From: an uncultured bacterium
GTDB taxonomy: Bacteria > Desulfobacterota_D > UBA1144 > Nemesobacterales > UBA2774
NCBI GenBank assembly: GCA_963705505.1
Contig: CAVPJU010000001.1
Span: 1 to 64,000, forward strand
Reading direction: 5' to 3'
DNA: 64,000 nt
Below, piece after piece: positions 1-10,490 of this stretch (positions are counted from its first letter, which is position 1; every line of letters starts with the position of its first letter). The notes beneath the pieces are model-generated. The model worked only from the letters and a program-made list of their open reading frames with translations, did no database searches and had not been told where the DNA came from. Both the position numbers and the translations under genes were made by a program.

Positions 1-711
1 CATCGGCATGGGAGACGACGGCGCTGACCACCAAGCCGCTACGGTTCTCCATCAGCGCACGGCCCCTTGGTAACAGAGGATCGACGCCGTGTTATGGCTC
101 TTGCGATAGAGCCGCGCGTCCGGATCCGTGGTGCTGGCGTGGGTGTCATTGCTGCGCGACTGCCCCTTCCAGTCGGCTTGCGCATTGCGCCCGCCGCCAC
201 CCGGCCGCTGATCGTCGGTCCCGTCCTTCGGCCGAAAGCTCTTCTGGCTCGCCCACGCCTGAATCAGCGTGCCATCAACCGAGAAGTGCTCCTTCGACAG
301 CAAGCCACGGCTATCGGCCAAGCGCAGCACCTCGGCAAACAAGCCTTCTACCACTTCGATGCGCCAGCAAGCGGTCGCGGTTCTTCGAGAACGTCGAGTG
401 GTCCCAGATCGGATCATCGAGCGCCACGCCGACAAACCAGCGAAACAGCAGGTTGTAGCGCAGCTGCTCGCACAGTTGCCGCACGCTGCGGATCGAGTAG
501 AACACCTGCAGCAGCAGAGCGCGGATCAGTTTCTCCGGGGCGATGAATCCCGGCCGGTGTCAGCGTAGATCTCGTTGAATCGCGTGTTCATCGCCGCCAA
601 GGCGTCGTTCACCAGCACGCGAATCGCCCGCAGCGGATGATCGGACGGCACAAAGTCGTCCAGCTTCGCCACCGTGAACAGGCTTTCTTGCATCGCATCA
701 GGACCGCGCAT
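1..711 (-). CDS. IS5-family DDE transposase, frameshifted (about 540, 358, 60) and 3'-partial
   Basis: Pieces in different frames join as MRGPD..LDDFVPSDHPLRAIR / FYSIRSVRQLCEQLRYNLLFRWFVG..WDHSTFSKNRDRLL / HFSVDGTLIQAWAS..THASTTDPDARLYRK. Confidence 0.85.
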
Positions 712-800
712 CGTTCGAACCTCGAAGGAGAACTCGTGAAAACCCTTACTCGAACGATAGCGGCAATTGCCACATTTACAAGACGAATTTCAACAGCCTG
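1..800 (-). mobile_element. IS5-family insertion sequence, partial (runs off left window edge); left terminal inverted repeat at about 787-800
   Basis: Transposase fragments at 1-711; end sequence CAGGCTGTTGAAAT (minus strand) abuts TTAG at 801-804, a YTAR-type IS5 target. Confidence 0.85.
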
Positions 801-1237
801 TTAGGCGATATTTTGTGCCAGGCGCTTGGCAAAAAAGACATTTGAGTGCCCGACGGGATGATCCCTTATCGATGTTTGTTGCTCGTAGCCCAAGTGCATG
901 TAGAACCCCGGCGATTGGAAGCTGTGGGACGACAGGATTGCAACTATGCATCCTTTGTCCTTGGCGTTCGTTTCGGCCGCTTGCAGCAGGGCACGGCCCA
1001 CGCCCTTGCCTCGGTGTTCTTCGGTAACCCATAGTTACGACACATAGCAGCAACCGCCCCATGTGTACCCAGAGATTGCCCCAAAACCGTTCCCGAATCA
1101 TCCTTCTGAACGGCGCCGAATGACTCTCCGTCAAAGTACCCGGTTGCCCTGGAGTTGAACTCGTAGATGGGCTCCAAAAGGAAGGCCTCGAGTTCCTGGC
1201 AGTCGCCGCGACGCAGATCGACCGGTGGGAGCGTCAT
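801..1237 (-). pseudogene. GNAT N-acetyltransferase with a frameshift (about 1080) and an in-frame TAA (about 1035)
   Basis: N-part MTLPPVDL..IYEFNSRATG; C-part YTWGGCCYVS*LWVTEEHRGKGVGRALLQAAE..SFQSPGFY..LGY (acetyl-CoA motif A). Confidence 0.75.
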
Positions 1238-1374
1238 GCTGCCAACGAACAGAGCTACCCGGCGTCGAACGGACGGCGCGTGGGTCCGCCGGCGAAGCGT
1301 CGGTGTTGAGCGAGGGGGTTGCCCATGGCTGTTTTGCTCAGGTATGCGAGACGCGGAGGCTGGTCGGCCGATCC

Positions 1375-2946
1375 TCAGAGTTCCTGCTCCGGCACGAACG
1401 GTGCGAGCAGCATGTTCTGCAGCCGCATCAACGGCGTCACATCCGGCTCCTCGGTCAGCACGACATCTCCATCGTCGTCCATGGTCAGCCACTCGAGACT
1501 CCGGTCGTCCGCCGCGAATCGCAAGCGGTACGCGCTTTGCAGCTTGCTGATATGAATCACGCGGATGACTTCCTTCGCGAGCGGCGGGCATTCGGCGATG
1601 ATTCCAAGCTCCGTGTTCTTGCTGGCGGATCTCGGGTCAAGGTTCATCGATCCGATGAAGACGATCGTCCGATCGATGATCGCGGTCTTGGCGTGCAGGC
1701 GGCCAACCGACGCTCCTGGCAGCATGAGCCTTTTGTTGCGCACGATGCGCGTCGGGCTGAGCTCATAGAGATCCACGCCGGTCTTCAGCAGGTCGACACG
1801 GTAACGCGCATAACCGGTATGGACGAGGGGCTCGTCGTTGGAGGCGAGCGAATTGGTGAGGATTGTGACCTTGACATTGCGTTTCCGCAGCTCCCCGAAG
1901 GCCGCGACGCCCTTGGGCCCGGGAATGAAGTAGGGCGACGACAGCACCACTTCGATCCGCGACGCCATGACGAGATCCATGACGTTCATCGTGACGCTCA
2001 TCGATCGTGCCATCTCGTCTGAGGTCGCCGTCACCTTGGCGGGCGCATCGGCATACGCGTTGGCCTTGCCCCATACCAGGCCGAGCCGACCCGCTTCGAG
2101 ATCGTCGCTGATCGGGCCGTATCCCAGGATGTCGATCGGCGGCGGCGCAACCGCCATCATCTGCTCGCCTTCGTCGACGAGCTCGTTGAAATGCCGCTGC
2201 AGCTGTTCGCGATCGAGGCTCGTGTGGATGATGGTCTCCGCCGGATAGACCTGCGGACTGTTCCAGTAGGTGTCGAAGATCCTGGTGAGCTGTGGGACGA
2301 CTGCGCCCACGACCAACGCATCCATGTCGACGAAATTGTCGGTCGCGCTCCGCATGAAGTATTCGTCGGCGATGTTGCGCCCGCCCGCGACGACGATCGA
2401 GCCGTCGGCGATGAACAGCTTGTTGTGCATCCGGTGGTTGAGCCGCCCGAAGTCGGCGAGCGACGCAGTGTACTTGCTCGTCAGGCTGTCGCGTCCGCAG
2501 CAGAACGGATTGAACAGGCGCACCTCGACGTTCTGGAACGCGGTGAGGCCAACGAAGAGCGGATCGCCGCCTGAGGTATAGAGGTCGTCCACAAGCACGC
2601 GCACGCGCACGCCTCTCAGTGCGGCGTCGCGCAGATTGCGCAGCAGCAGCCGGCCCGTCCTGTCGTTCTGGATGAGGTAATACTGGACGTCCAGCGAATA
2701 CCTGGCCCGGCGCGCGAGCTGGATTCGCGCGTCGAGCGAGTAGGCGCCAAGCGGCATCAGGCGGAATCCCGTGAGGTCCGGCGCGGGCAGCGACGCCTGG
2801 ACGGTCCGCACCAACGGGCTTTCCGGCGACGGGGGTAGCGCTGTCGAGTAAGCCGCGTCCGGCCGCTGGGGAAGCGCGCCGCATCCGGCCAGCGCGATCG
2901 CGACGACGCAAGCAAACAGCGCGGCAAGCTGTCGGCGGCGATTCAC
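1375..2946 (-). CDS. Phospholipase D family lipoprotein (ClsC/YmdC-like cardiolipin synthase)
   Basis: Two HKD motifs (HNKLFIAD, HAKTAIID), GGRNI and GSMNLD, lipobox LAGC. Confidence 0.9.
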   Translation of the reverse strand: MNRRRQLAALFACVVAIALAGCGALPQRPDAAYSTALPPSPESPLVRTVQASLPAPDLTGFRLMPLGAYSLDARIQLARRARYSLDVQYYLIQNDRTGRLLLRNLRDAALRGVRVRVLVDDLYTSGGDPLFVGLTAFQNVEVRLFNPFCCGRDSLTSKYTASLADFGRLNHRMHNKLFIADGSIVVAGGRNIADEYFMRSATDNFVDMDALVVGAVVPQLTRIFDTYWNSPQVYPAETIIHTSLDREQLQRHFNELVDEGEQMMAVAPPPIDILGYGPISDDLEAGRLGLVWGKANAYADAPAKVTATSDEMARSMSVTMNVMDLVMASRIEVVLSSPYFIPGPKGVAAFGELRKRNVKVTILTNSLASNDEPLVHTGYARYRVDLLKTGVDLYELSPTRIVRNKRLMLPGASVGRLHAKTAIIDRTIVFIGSMNLDPRSASKNTELGIIAECPPLAKEVIRVIHISKLQSAYRLRFAADDRSLEWLTMDDDGDVVLTEEPDVTPLMRLQNMLLAPFVPEQEL

Positions 2947-3485
2947 TTCTTGGCCCGGCTCTCGTTCCAGTGGCGCAGCGCATCGAGCATCTTTTCGACG
3001 TGCTTGGTCGGATTGAGGCTCATGTAATGGTAGGCGATCGTTCCGTCGGGCGCGATCACATAGGAGATGCGATTCGCATACTCCGGGCGCGTCTGCATCA
3101 CCGCGTCAAACGACTTCATGACGCTCTGCGATTCGTCCGAAGCCACGGGGAACTTGCTTTGGCAAGCTTGCACCGAGAACTTCGTGAGGGTTTCGATATC
3201 GTCGGCGGAGACGCCGATTACCGTAGCGCCCAGTGAATTGAACTCCGCGATCGCCTCGGCGAAGTAGTGCGCCTCGACCGAGCAACCCTCGGAATAGGCC
3301 GCCGGGAAGAAATAGAGCACGACCGGCCCCTTGCGCAGCGACTCGGCCAGCGAGTAGCGAAAGACCGATCCGCCGAGTGCGGCTTCCTTGGTGAAGGCCG
3401 GCGCGGGCTCACCGATGTCCAGCGCGGCGTGCGCCGAAAGGGGAAGAGCAACGCCGAGCACGACGCAGGCAAGCAGATATCTCAT
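2943..3485 (-). CDS. Exported peroxiredoxin (BCP/PrxQ, AhpC/TSA family)
   Basis: VVLYFFPAAYSEGC peroxidatic motif, VIGVSAD, RISYVIAPDG, signal peptide. Confidence 0.9.
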   Translation of the reverse strand: MRYLLACVVLGVALPLSAHAALDIGEPAPAFTKEAALGGSVFRYSLAESLRKGPVVLYFFPAAYSEGCSVEAHYFAEAIAEFNSLGATVIGVSADDIETLTKFSVQACQSKFPVASDESQSVMKSFDAVMQTRPEYANRISYVIAPDGTIAYHYMSLNPTKHVEKMLDALRHWNESRAKK

Positions 3486-3675
3486 CGAAGACTCCAATCG
3501 GCCTCGGAGCCGCATCGGATTCGTCGTGTGGCGGGACGACTACTTACATTGCGATTCGTCGCCCGGGCACGTCATGTCCCGGCCGGTCATGTAAGCAAAC
3601 GCCGGCGCCGGCGACAGACACGACGTCCGCAGCGCGTGACGCGCGCGGCTCACAACTTCACAGGAGACCAGCATC

Positions 3676-4185
3676 ATGCGCAATGACAGCAACTCTTTCC
3701 AGTCGATGTGGAAGCATACCCTCGTCGCCGGCGCCGTCGCCGGCGCATTGTCGATCGCGTCCACCGCGGCCGTCGCAGGCGAATGCCCCGCCGACAAGCG
3801 GGTCCCGGATGGCCAGGGCCAAAAGATCAGCACCGCCGCTGCCAAAGGCGTCACCGACAACGTTCGCGGCAGCATCGACCTGTCGAAGGAACCGGCGGCT
3901 GTCAGCGGACGCCTGCTGCGGATCCGCCAGCTCGACATCCAGCCCGGCGGCGTCGTTCCGTGGCACAGCCATGGCAATCGCCCGGCGATGATCTACATCG
4001 TTTCCGGAGAGGTCGTCGAATACGCGAGCAACTGCGCAGCGCCGATCATGCACAAGGCAGGCGACGTGGCCCCCGAAAAGAACGGCACGCAGCACTGGTG
4101 GCAGAACACCGGAACATCCCCGGTGGTGCTCATCTCGGTGGATCTGTTCCCGGCCGAGATGAAGAAGGAAGAACACATGATGTGA
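3676..4185 (+). CDS. Exported cupin domain protein
   Basis: IQPGGVVPWHSH..YIVSGE..E..HWWQN cupin motifs; signal peptide; GGAG RBS. Confidence 0.85.
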   Translation: MRNDSNSFQSMWKHTLVAGAVAGALSIASTAAVAGECPADKRVPDGQGQKISTAAAKGVTDNVRGSIDLSKEPAAVSGRLLRIRQLDIQPGGVVPWHSHGNRPAMIYIVSGEVVEYASNCAAPIMHKAGDVAPEKNGTQHWWQNTGTSPVVLISVDLFPAEMKKEEHMM

Positions 4186-4224
4186 AGGCAGGACGCGCGG
4201 TTCGGCGTCCTTCGACCATGGGTG

Positions 4225-4257
4225 AGTGCGCCGGCGTTCGCGTCGGCGCGCTTTTTT
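4225..4257 (+). terminator. Intrinsic terminator after cupin gene
   Basis: AGTGCGCCGGCG-TTCG-CGTCGGCGCGCT stem-loop followed by T run. Confidence 0.7.
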
Positions 4258-4343
4258 GGCGCCTCGAAAGGTCGCCGGTCGTGCGCGCACTGCGCGTTAC
4301 GACCTTCCGGCCGGACTTGGCGGCGTTATTCGTTTTTCAGGGT

Positions 4344-5739
4344 TTACTGCAGCGGCGAGAGCTCGCCGAGGAGCGTCGGGATCAGCTCGGTGACGGTCGG
4401 ATGGATGTGCACGGCCGGCTGATCACCGTGTAGGGCGCGCCGGCGGCCATCACGTCGATGATGCGAGTGGATCGCCTCGTCGGCCTCGATGCCGAGCAGG
4501 GCGGCGCCGAGGATCTTCTTCGTCTCGGCGTCGACCAGCACCTTCATGAAGCCCTTGCGTTTCGCCGCGCTCGCGGGCGCGGCCGACGCGCGCCATCGTC
4601 ATCCGGCCGACCAGCGCCGGGCGCCCGAGGCGCGGACCTCGCGCTCGGTCATCCGGCCCGCGCGAGCGGCGGATCGGTGAAGAGCGCGTAGACCGGGGAT
4701 GCGGTCGATGACGCGCCGGTGCTCGCCGTCGAGCAGATTGGCGGCGACGATTTCGTAGTCGTTGTACGACGGTGTGCGTGAACGCGCCGCGGCCGTTGAC
4801 GTCGCCGAGCGCCCAGATCCCGGCGACGTTGGTGCGCAGCTCGTCGTCGACGTCGATGTAGCCGCGCGCGTCGGTCGCGATGCCGGCGCGGTCGAGCCCC
4901 AGGTCGTCGGTGTTGGGCAGCGCGCCCGACGGCGAGCAGCAGGTGCGAGCCGACGATCGTCGCGCGGCTCCTCCTCGCAGCTCACGCGCACGGCCGACGC
5001 CGCTCGTCGCGCTTCGCGCACGTCGAGGCACTCGGGCATTGAGCCGCACGCCGATGCCCTCGGCTTCGAGGATCGCCTGGACCGCCGCCGAGATCTCGTC
5101 GTCTTCGCGGGCGATGAGCCGCGGCGCCATTTCGACGACGGTGACGCGGCTGCCGAAGCGCCGGTACATCTGCGCGAACTCGAGGCCGATGTAGCTGCCG
5201 CCGACGACGATCAGGTGCTCGGGCAGGAAGTCGACGTCCATCATGCGCGTGTTGGTCAAGTACGGCACGTCGGCGAGCCCGGCCAATCGGCGGCACGCGT
5301 CGGCGCGCCCGCCGGTGTTGATGAAGATCTCGGGGCGCTTCCAGCTGCCGGCCGTCGACGCGGACGGTGCGCGGGCTCTCGAAGCGCGCCGTGGCCCTCG
5401 ATCAGCGGTCACGTTCGGGCGTGTTGCGAGCCACTTGTCGACGCCGCTCGATTCGACTGCGCGACGACCTCGTCCTTGCGCGCCTTGACCCGCGCCATGT
5501 CGATCCGGACCGCGCCGTCGATGATGACGCCGTAGTCGGCCGCACGGCGCGCGACCGTGCGCGGCGCGGGCGCTCGCGATCAGCGTCTTGGTCGGAATGC
5601 AGCCGACGTTGACGCAGGTGCCGCCGAAGCGCTTGCGTTCGATGATCGCGGTCTTGCGGCCGGCGCCGGCCAGGCGCACCGCAAGCGCGGGGCCGGCCTG
5701 GCCGGTGCCGATGACGATCGCGTCGAAGTCCTCGATCAT
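4344..5739 (-). CDS. Class I pyridine nucleotide-disulfide oxidoreductase (RclA/mercuric-reductase-like), several frameshifts
   Basis: IGTGQAG, GGTCVNVGCIPTK redox disulfide, GGSYIGLE, IWALGD, C-terminal HPTVTE. Confidence 0.85.
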
Positions 5740-5773
5740 CGGAATGCCCTTCGGCTGACCCGGCGACGCTCGC

Positions 5774-6275
5774 CTACCGGGCTCTCACGCTGGACGTGAT
5801 CGAATCGATGACGCTCGACGCCATCTCGAAGGCCGCCTGGCCGTCCCTGAATGTCGTGCCGCCGCGCGATGTACGCGAAATCGGTGTAGGCGGTCCACAC
5901 CAGGCCCTGCTCGTCCTCGAGCACCAGCACCCGCACCGGCCAGTCGAGGCCGGCGAACGAGTTCGAGGGGATGAACAGCGTGCCGAGCGGCGGGTTGCCG
6001 AAGATCAGCAACGTCGACGGCCGGATTTGCACGCCCGCATCTGCGGCGAGCTTCGACTGGTCGATCTCGTCGAAGAACCGGATGCCCTTGTCGGCGATAT
6101 CCTGCTTAAGACGCGCGATGGTTTCCGCCTTCGAATACGCGCTCTTCACCTTGACGATGCCGTTGTCCGTTGCAGGTGCGACCGTGCCGTCGGCATGTGC
6201 GATCCCCGAAGCGGAAAACGCAAGCGCCAGCGAAAGAGCAGCGAGCTTGCACAGGTTGGCGAACCGTTCATTCAT
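5774..6275 (-). CDS. Exported DUF302 family protein, frameshift near 5845
   Basis: LLIFGNPPLGT..GLDWPVRVLVLED motif; alternate frame continues AAFEMASSVIDSITSSVRAR*. Confidence 0.8.
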
Positions 6276-6360
6276 GATCTTTGCCTCGTGAGTTGGGTGC
6301 GATTGGAGGGAATGCGTCGTGCGGCGTTTTGTCGCCGCGGACGCGCGCCCCTTACGGTAT

Positions 6361-7372
6361 CTAGGAAGCGCGTTCTTGCGCGGCCGGCGCGCTCGCGATT
6401 CGCTCGACCGTCAACGCGGCGCCGATCGACAGGCACATCGTCAGGAAGGCGATCCATGCGTACGGCCAGAGCAACGGCATTCCGACCAGGATCAAGCCGT
6501 CGTTTGTCCGGGGACGAGCAATCCGCCCCATCCCATCAGGACGCCGCCGGCGAAGCACTTCAGCACCTGCTTCAGCGAGACGCGGGTGCTGCGAATTCGT
6601 CCGGCCGTGTAGCCCCCCAGCACGGCGCCGAGGAAAAGCGCCCAGAGAAGGAGCAATTTCGCGACCAGGCTGTGCACGACATTCCGCGCGCAAGCTCGGC
6701 CAGCGCGCCGGTGTAATCCCACGCGCCGACCAAGAGGAACATGACGAAGAACGTGATCCCGATCACGGTGGTTGCGCTGTGCGGCGCCCATACGCGGGTC
6801 GCAATCCCGTGACGCAAACGGGTCGAGAGCGGCCAATCGGACACCTCCGACGAGAGTGCGTGCAGCGGCCGGGCGACACGCCACAATAGGAAGGCGGCGA
6901 ACGGCACGGCAAGCCAGAGCGCTACGGACAACACCGGCGAGCCGTAGGGCAGCTTCACGGGCGCCGGCGGCGAAGATCCGGACGTGACGATGAGACAGCC
7001 GACGTAGATCCCGACTGGTGTGGCGAGGTACGCCCATTCGCCGGAACCGAAGCGCGCAATCGCGCCGAAGACACAAGCGCGATTGATGTACGCGCCGAGC
7101 CCCAGAAGGATCCCCCCGAGCACCGTGAGATAGCTCACGGAGTAGCCCCCCGGCATCGTCCGCAACCGATGGAACGCCGTGGCAAGCGCAAGACCGCCGC
7201 CGACCCAGATCGAGGCTTCGACCAGTGCGGCCAGCCGGTTGAAGCGCCGCTTGCCCACGACCTCATCGACGGCGGCCACCGTGCACGTCCCGCCGCGCTG
7301 GATGGCGAATCCCATCGTGCCCGCGCAAAGTGCGGCGACCAGAAACGCAAGGCTAGTAAGGATGATGTCCAT
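6361..7372 (-). CDS. YeeE/YedE family sulfur-compound transporter, two frameshifts (about 6680, 6505)
   Basis: GFAIQRGGTC, LGLGAYINRACVFG, GGVLMGWGGLLVPG..NDG; multiple TM helices spread over three frames. Confidence 0.8.
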
Positions 7373-7386
7373 CGCGTCGTCCGTTC

Positions 7387-8601
7387 CTACTTCGTCCTGC
7401 CGGCGAATCCGTCGACACCGCGCGCGAGCGGCGGGACCCGGTGGGTGACGGGATCATGAATCACGACGCCGTCGATCGGATCGACGGGGCGGTTCCACGG
7501 CGCGCGTTCGAGCATCGCCTTGGTGTCGGCGTAGCCTGCCTGCCAGCGAGCGCGAATGCCGTCAGGCGTGAAATCGATGTCCTTGGTGTGATCTTCGCCG
7601 TCGATCTTCGGCGCGATCAGGCGGGCGACGTGCATCGTCGAATTGCATCCCCATGAGGCCAGTTCCTTGACGACGGCGGACTCCCGGTTCTTCGCCGGCA
7701 AGTGCTTCGCGATCTCGCGGATGATGTGTCGCAGGTGATGGATCTGCTTCTGCCGGGCGATGTGGCTCTTGGCGCGACTCGCGTACTGGATGTCCTTCTG
7801 CCGTCCCATCACTTCCCATAGCGACACCGGGTCCGGGCCCTCGGGGTTCCACATTTGCACGGCGAAGATCACCGAATCCTGGCGCGGCTTGTCGTCCAGC
7901 ACCGCCTCGATCGGCGTATTCGAATAGATGCCGCCGTCCCAGTACGGATCGCCATCGATGAGTACGGCGGGGAACGCCGGCGGCAGAGCGCCGGACGCGA
8001 GGACGTGGTCGATGCACACGGCTTGATCGCGGCTGTCGAAATAGCGCATTTCTCCCGTGCGCACGTTTACCGCGCCGACCGTGAGCCGCATCTTGCGCGC
8101 ATCGAGGTGCTCGAGATCGATGAGGTCGCCCAGCGTCTGCTTCAACGGCGAGACGGTGTAATACGCGGCGCTCTCCACGCCAAGTTGCGAGTGCGAGCTC
8201 AGCCACGCCATCGGATTCGGAGTGAAGAAGGCGGGAATGCCCTTGAACATGGTCGTGAGGTTCGCCGACGCATTGGAGAGGCCCGTGAAGAAACTGAGAA
8301 GATCAGGGCCGGACTTCTGTTCGACCCGCGCCCAGAATTCCTGCAGGCGGCTCATCCTGTTCGCCTTGGAATTGCCGGCGATCAACGCGGCGTTGATCGC
8401 ACCGATCGATGTTCCGATCACCCAATCCGGCTCGACCCCCGCCTCGTGCATCGCCTGGTACACGCCGACCTGATAGGCGCCGAGCGCGCCGCCCCCCTGC
8501 AATACCAGCACGACCTGTCCGGGAAACCCGGGATGCGTGAGGGTGGCGGACGCGCCGTTACCGGAGCGCAAGGTGCGTTTGACTCTCTTCGTTGCCGTCA
8601 T
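7387..8601 (-). CDS. Patatin-like phospholipase family protein (DUF3734 C-terminus)
   Basis: GGGALG, GTSIG nucleophile motif, YWDGG. Confidence 0.9.
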   Translation of the reverse strand: MTATKRVKRTLRSGNGASATLTHPGFPGQVVLVLQGGGALGAYQVGVYQAMHEAGVEPDWVIGTSIGAINAALIAGNSKANRMSRLQEFWARVEQKSGPDLLSFFTGLSNASANLTTMFKGIPAFFTPNPMAWLSSHSQLGVESAAYYTVSPLKQTLGDLIDLEHLDARKMRLTVGAVNVRTGEMRYFDSRDQAVCIDHVLASGALPPAFPAVLIDGDPYWDGGIYSNTPIEAVLDDKPRQDSVIFAVQMWNPEGPDPVSLWEVMGRQKDIQYASRAKSHIARQKQIHHLRHIIREIAKHLPAKNRESAVVKELASWGCNSTMHVARLIAPKIDGEDHTKDIDFTPDGIRARWQAGYADTKAMLERAPWNRPVDPIDGVVIHDPVTHRVPPLARGVDGFAGRTK

Positions 8602-8629
8602 GGTGACCTCGGTGGAGATGGAACCTGGA

Positions 8630-9412
<783 letters not shown>

Positions 9413-9641
9413 GAGTGACTCCCGGTGCGTTGGTGTTGGGTCGGGGGCACGTCCACGCCGAAGCCGAGCAAGGGGGCGTCCGCATGCATTGCCGAGGACG
9501 CCGTAGTTCGTGGGGGCGTGGCGGCCCCGATCGCTGAGATAGTCATCCGATGGACCGAAATCCTTACTGCCGCCGCGTCGAAGTAAGCGGCCGCCGTGAT
9601 TTCCGACCAACCGCGGAGACGACTCACTGAGGTTACTCGCG

Positions 9642-10490
9642 ATGGGCGCAGAAAAGAACATCATCATCGTTGGCGGAGGGTTTCCGGGACGGCGCTCACG
9701 CGGGCGCTCGACGGCAAGCTGCCGTCGGGCTATCGGCTGCTGCTCATCAGCGAGGAAAGCCACACGACGTTCAACCCGATGCTGCCGGAAGCGGTAGGCG
9801 CCTCCATCTTTCCGGAGCAGGTCGTCGCGCCGATCCGCGAGATGATCACGCACGCGCGTTTTGTGATGGGCCGGGTGAACCACGTCGACGCGAAACGCAG
9901 GCTCCTCATCGCAGCGACGCTGGCGGGCGACATCACGTTCCCGTACGAACATCTTGTGCTGGCGCTCGGAAACCGGGCGCGGCTCGATCTCATCCCGGGC
10001 CTCGAGCAGCACGCTCTGCCGCTCAAGACCGTGGGCGACGCGATGCACATTCGCAACATGGTGCTGCGCCGGGTCGCACAGATCGAGCTGGAAAGCGATC
10101 CCGCCCTGCGGCGGCAACTCGGTCACTTCGTCATCATCGGCGGCGGCTTTTCCGGCGTCGAGACCGCGGGTGAGCTGGTCGACTGCCTGCGCAGCATCCG
10201 CCGCTACTATCCTCAGGTCGCATCAGACGAGCTCGCGGTCACGCTGCTCCACGACGGCCCGCGACTGCTGCCGGAGCTGTCCGAGCGCTTGGGCCTCGCT
10301 GCGCACCGGTCGCTCGCCCGCCGCGGCGTCGACGTCCGGGTGGGCGTTCGCGCGAATTTCGTCTGCGACAAGGCCGTCCTGGGCAACTCGACGCGGGTCC
10401 CCACCTCGACGGTCATCTGCACGATCGGCACCCGTCCGAACGCGCTGGTGGGGCGGATGACGGTACCCATGGAACGCGGGCGCATCGTCG
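9642..10490 (+). CDS. NDH-2-like NAD(P)/FAD-dependent oxidoreductase, frameshift near 9683, 3'-truncated at junction
   Basis: IIIVGGGF, FNPMLPE, LVLALG, IIGGGFSGVETAGEL; similarity stops after ERGRIV. Confidence 0.8.

Noticed and set aside
4344..5739. Mercuric reductase MerA
   Set aside because: No N-terminal metal-binding domain, no C-terminal Cys-Cys pair and no mer operon genes
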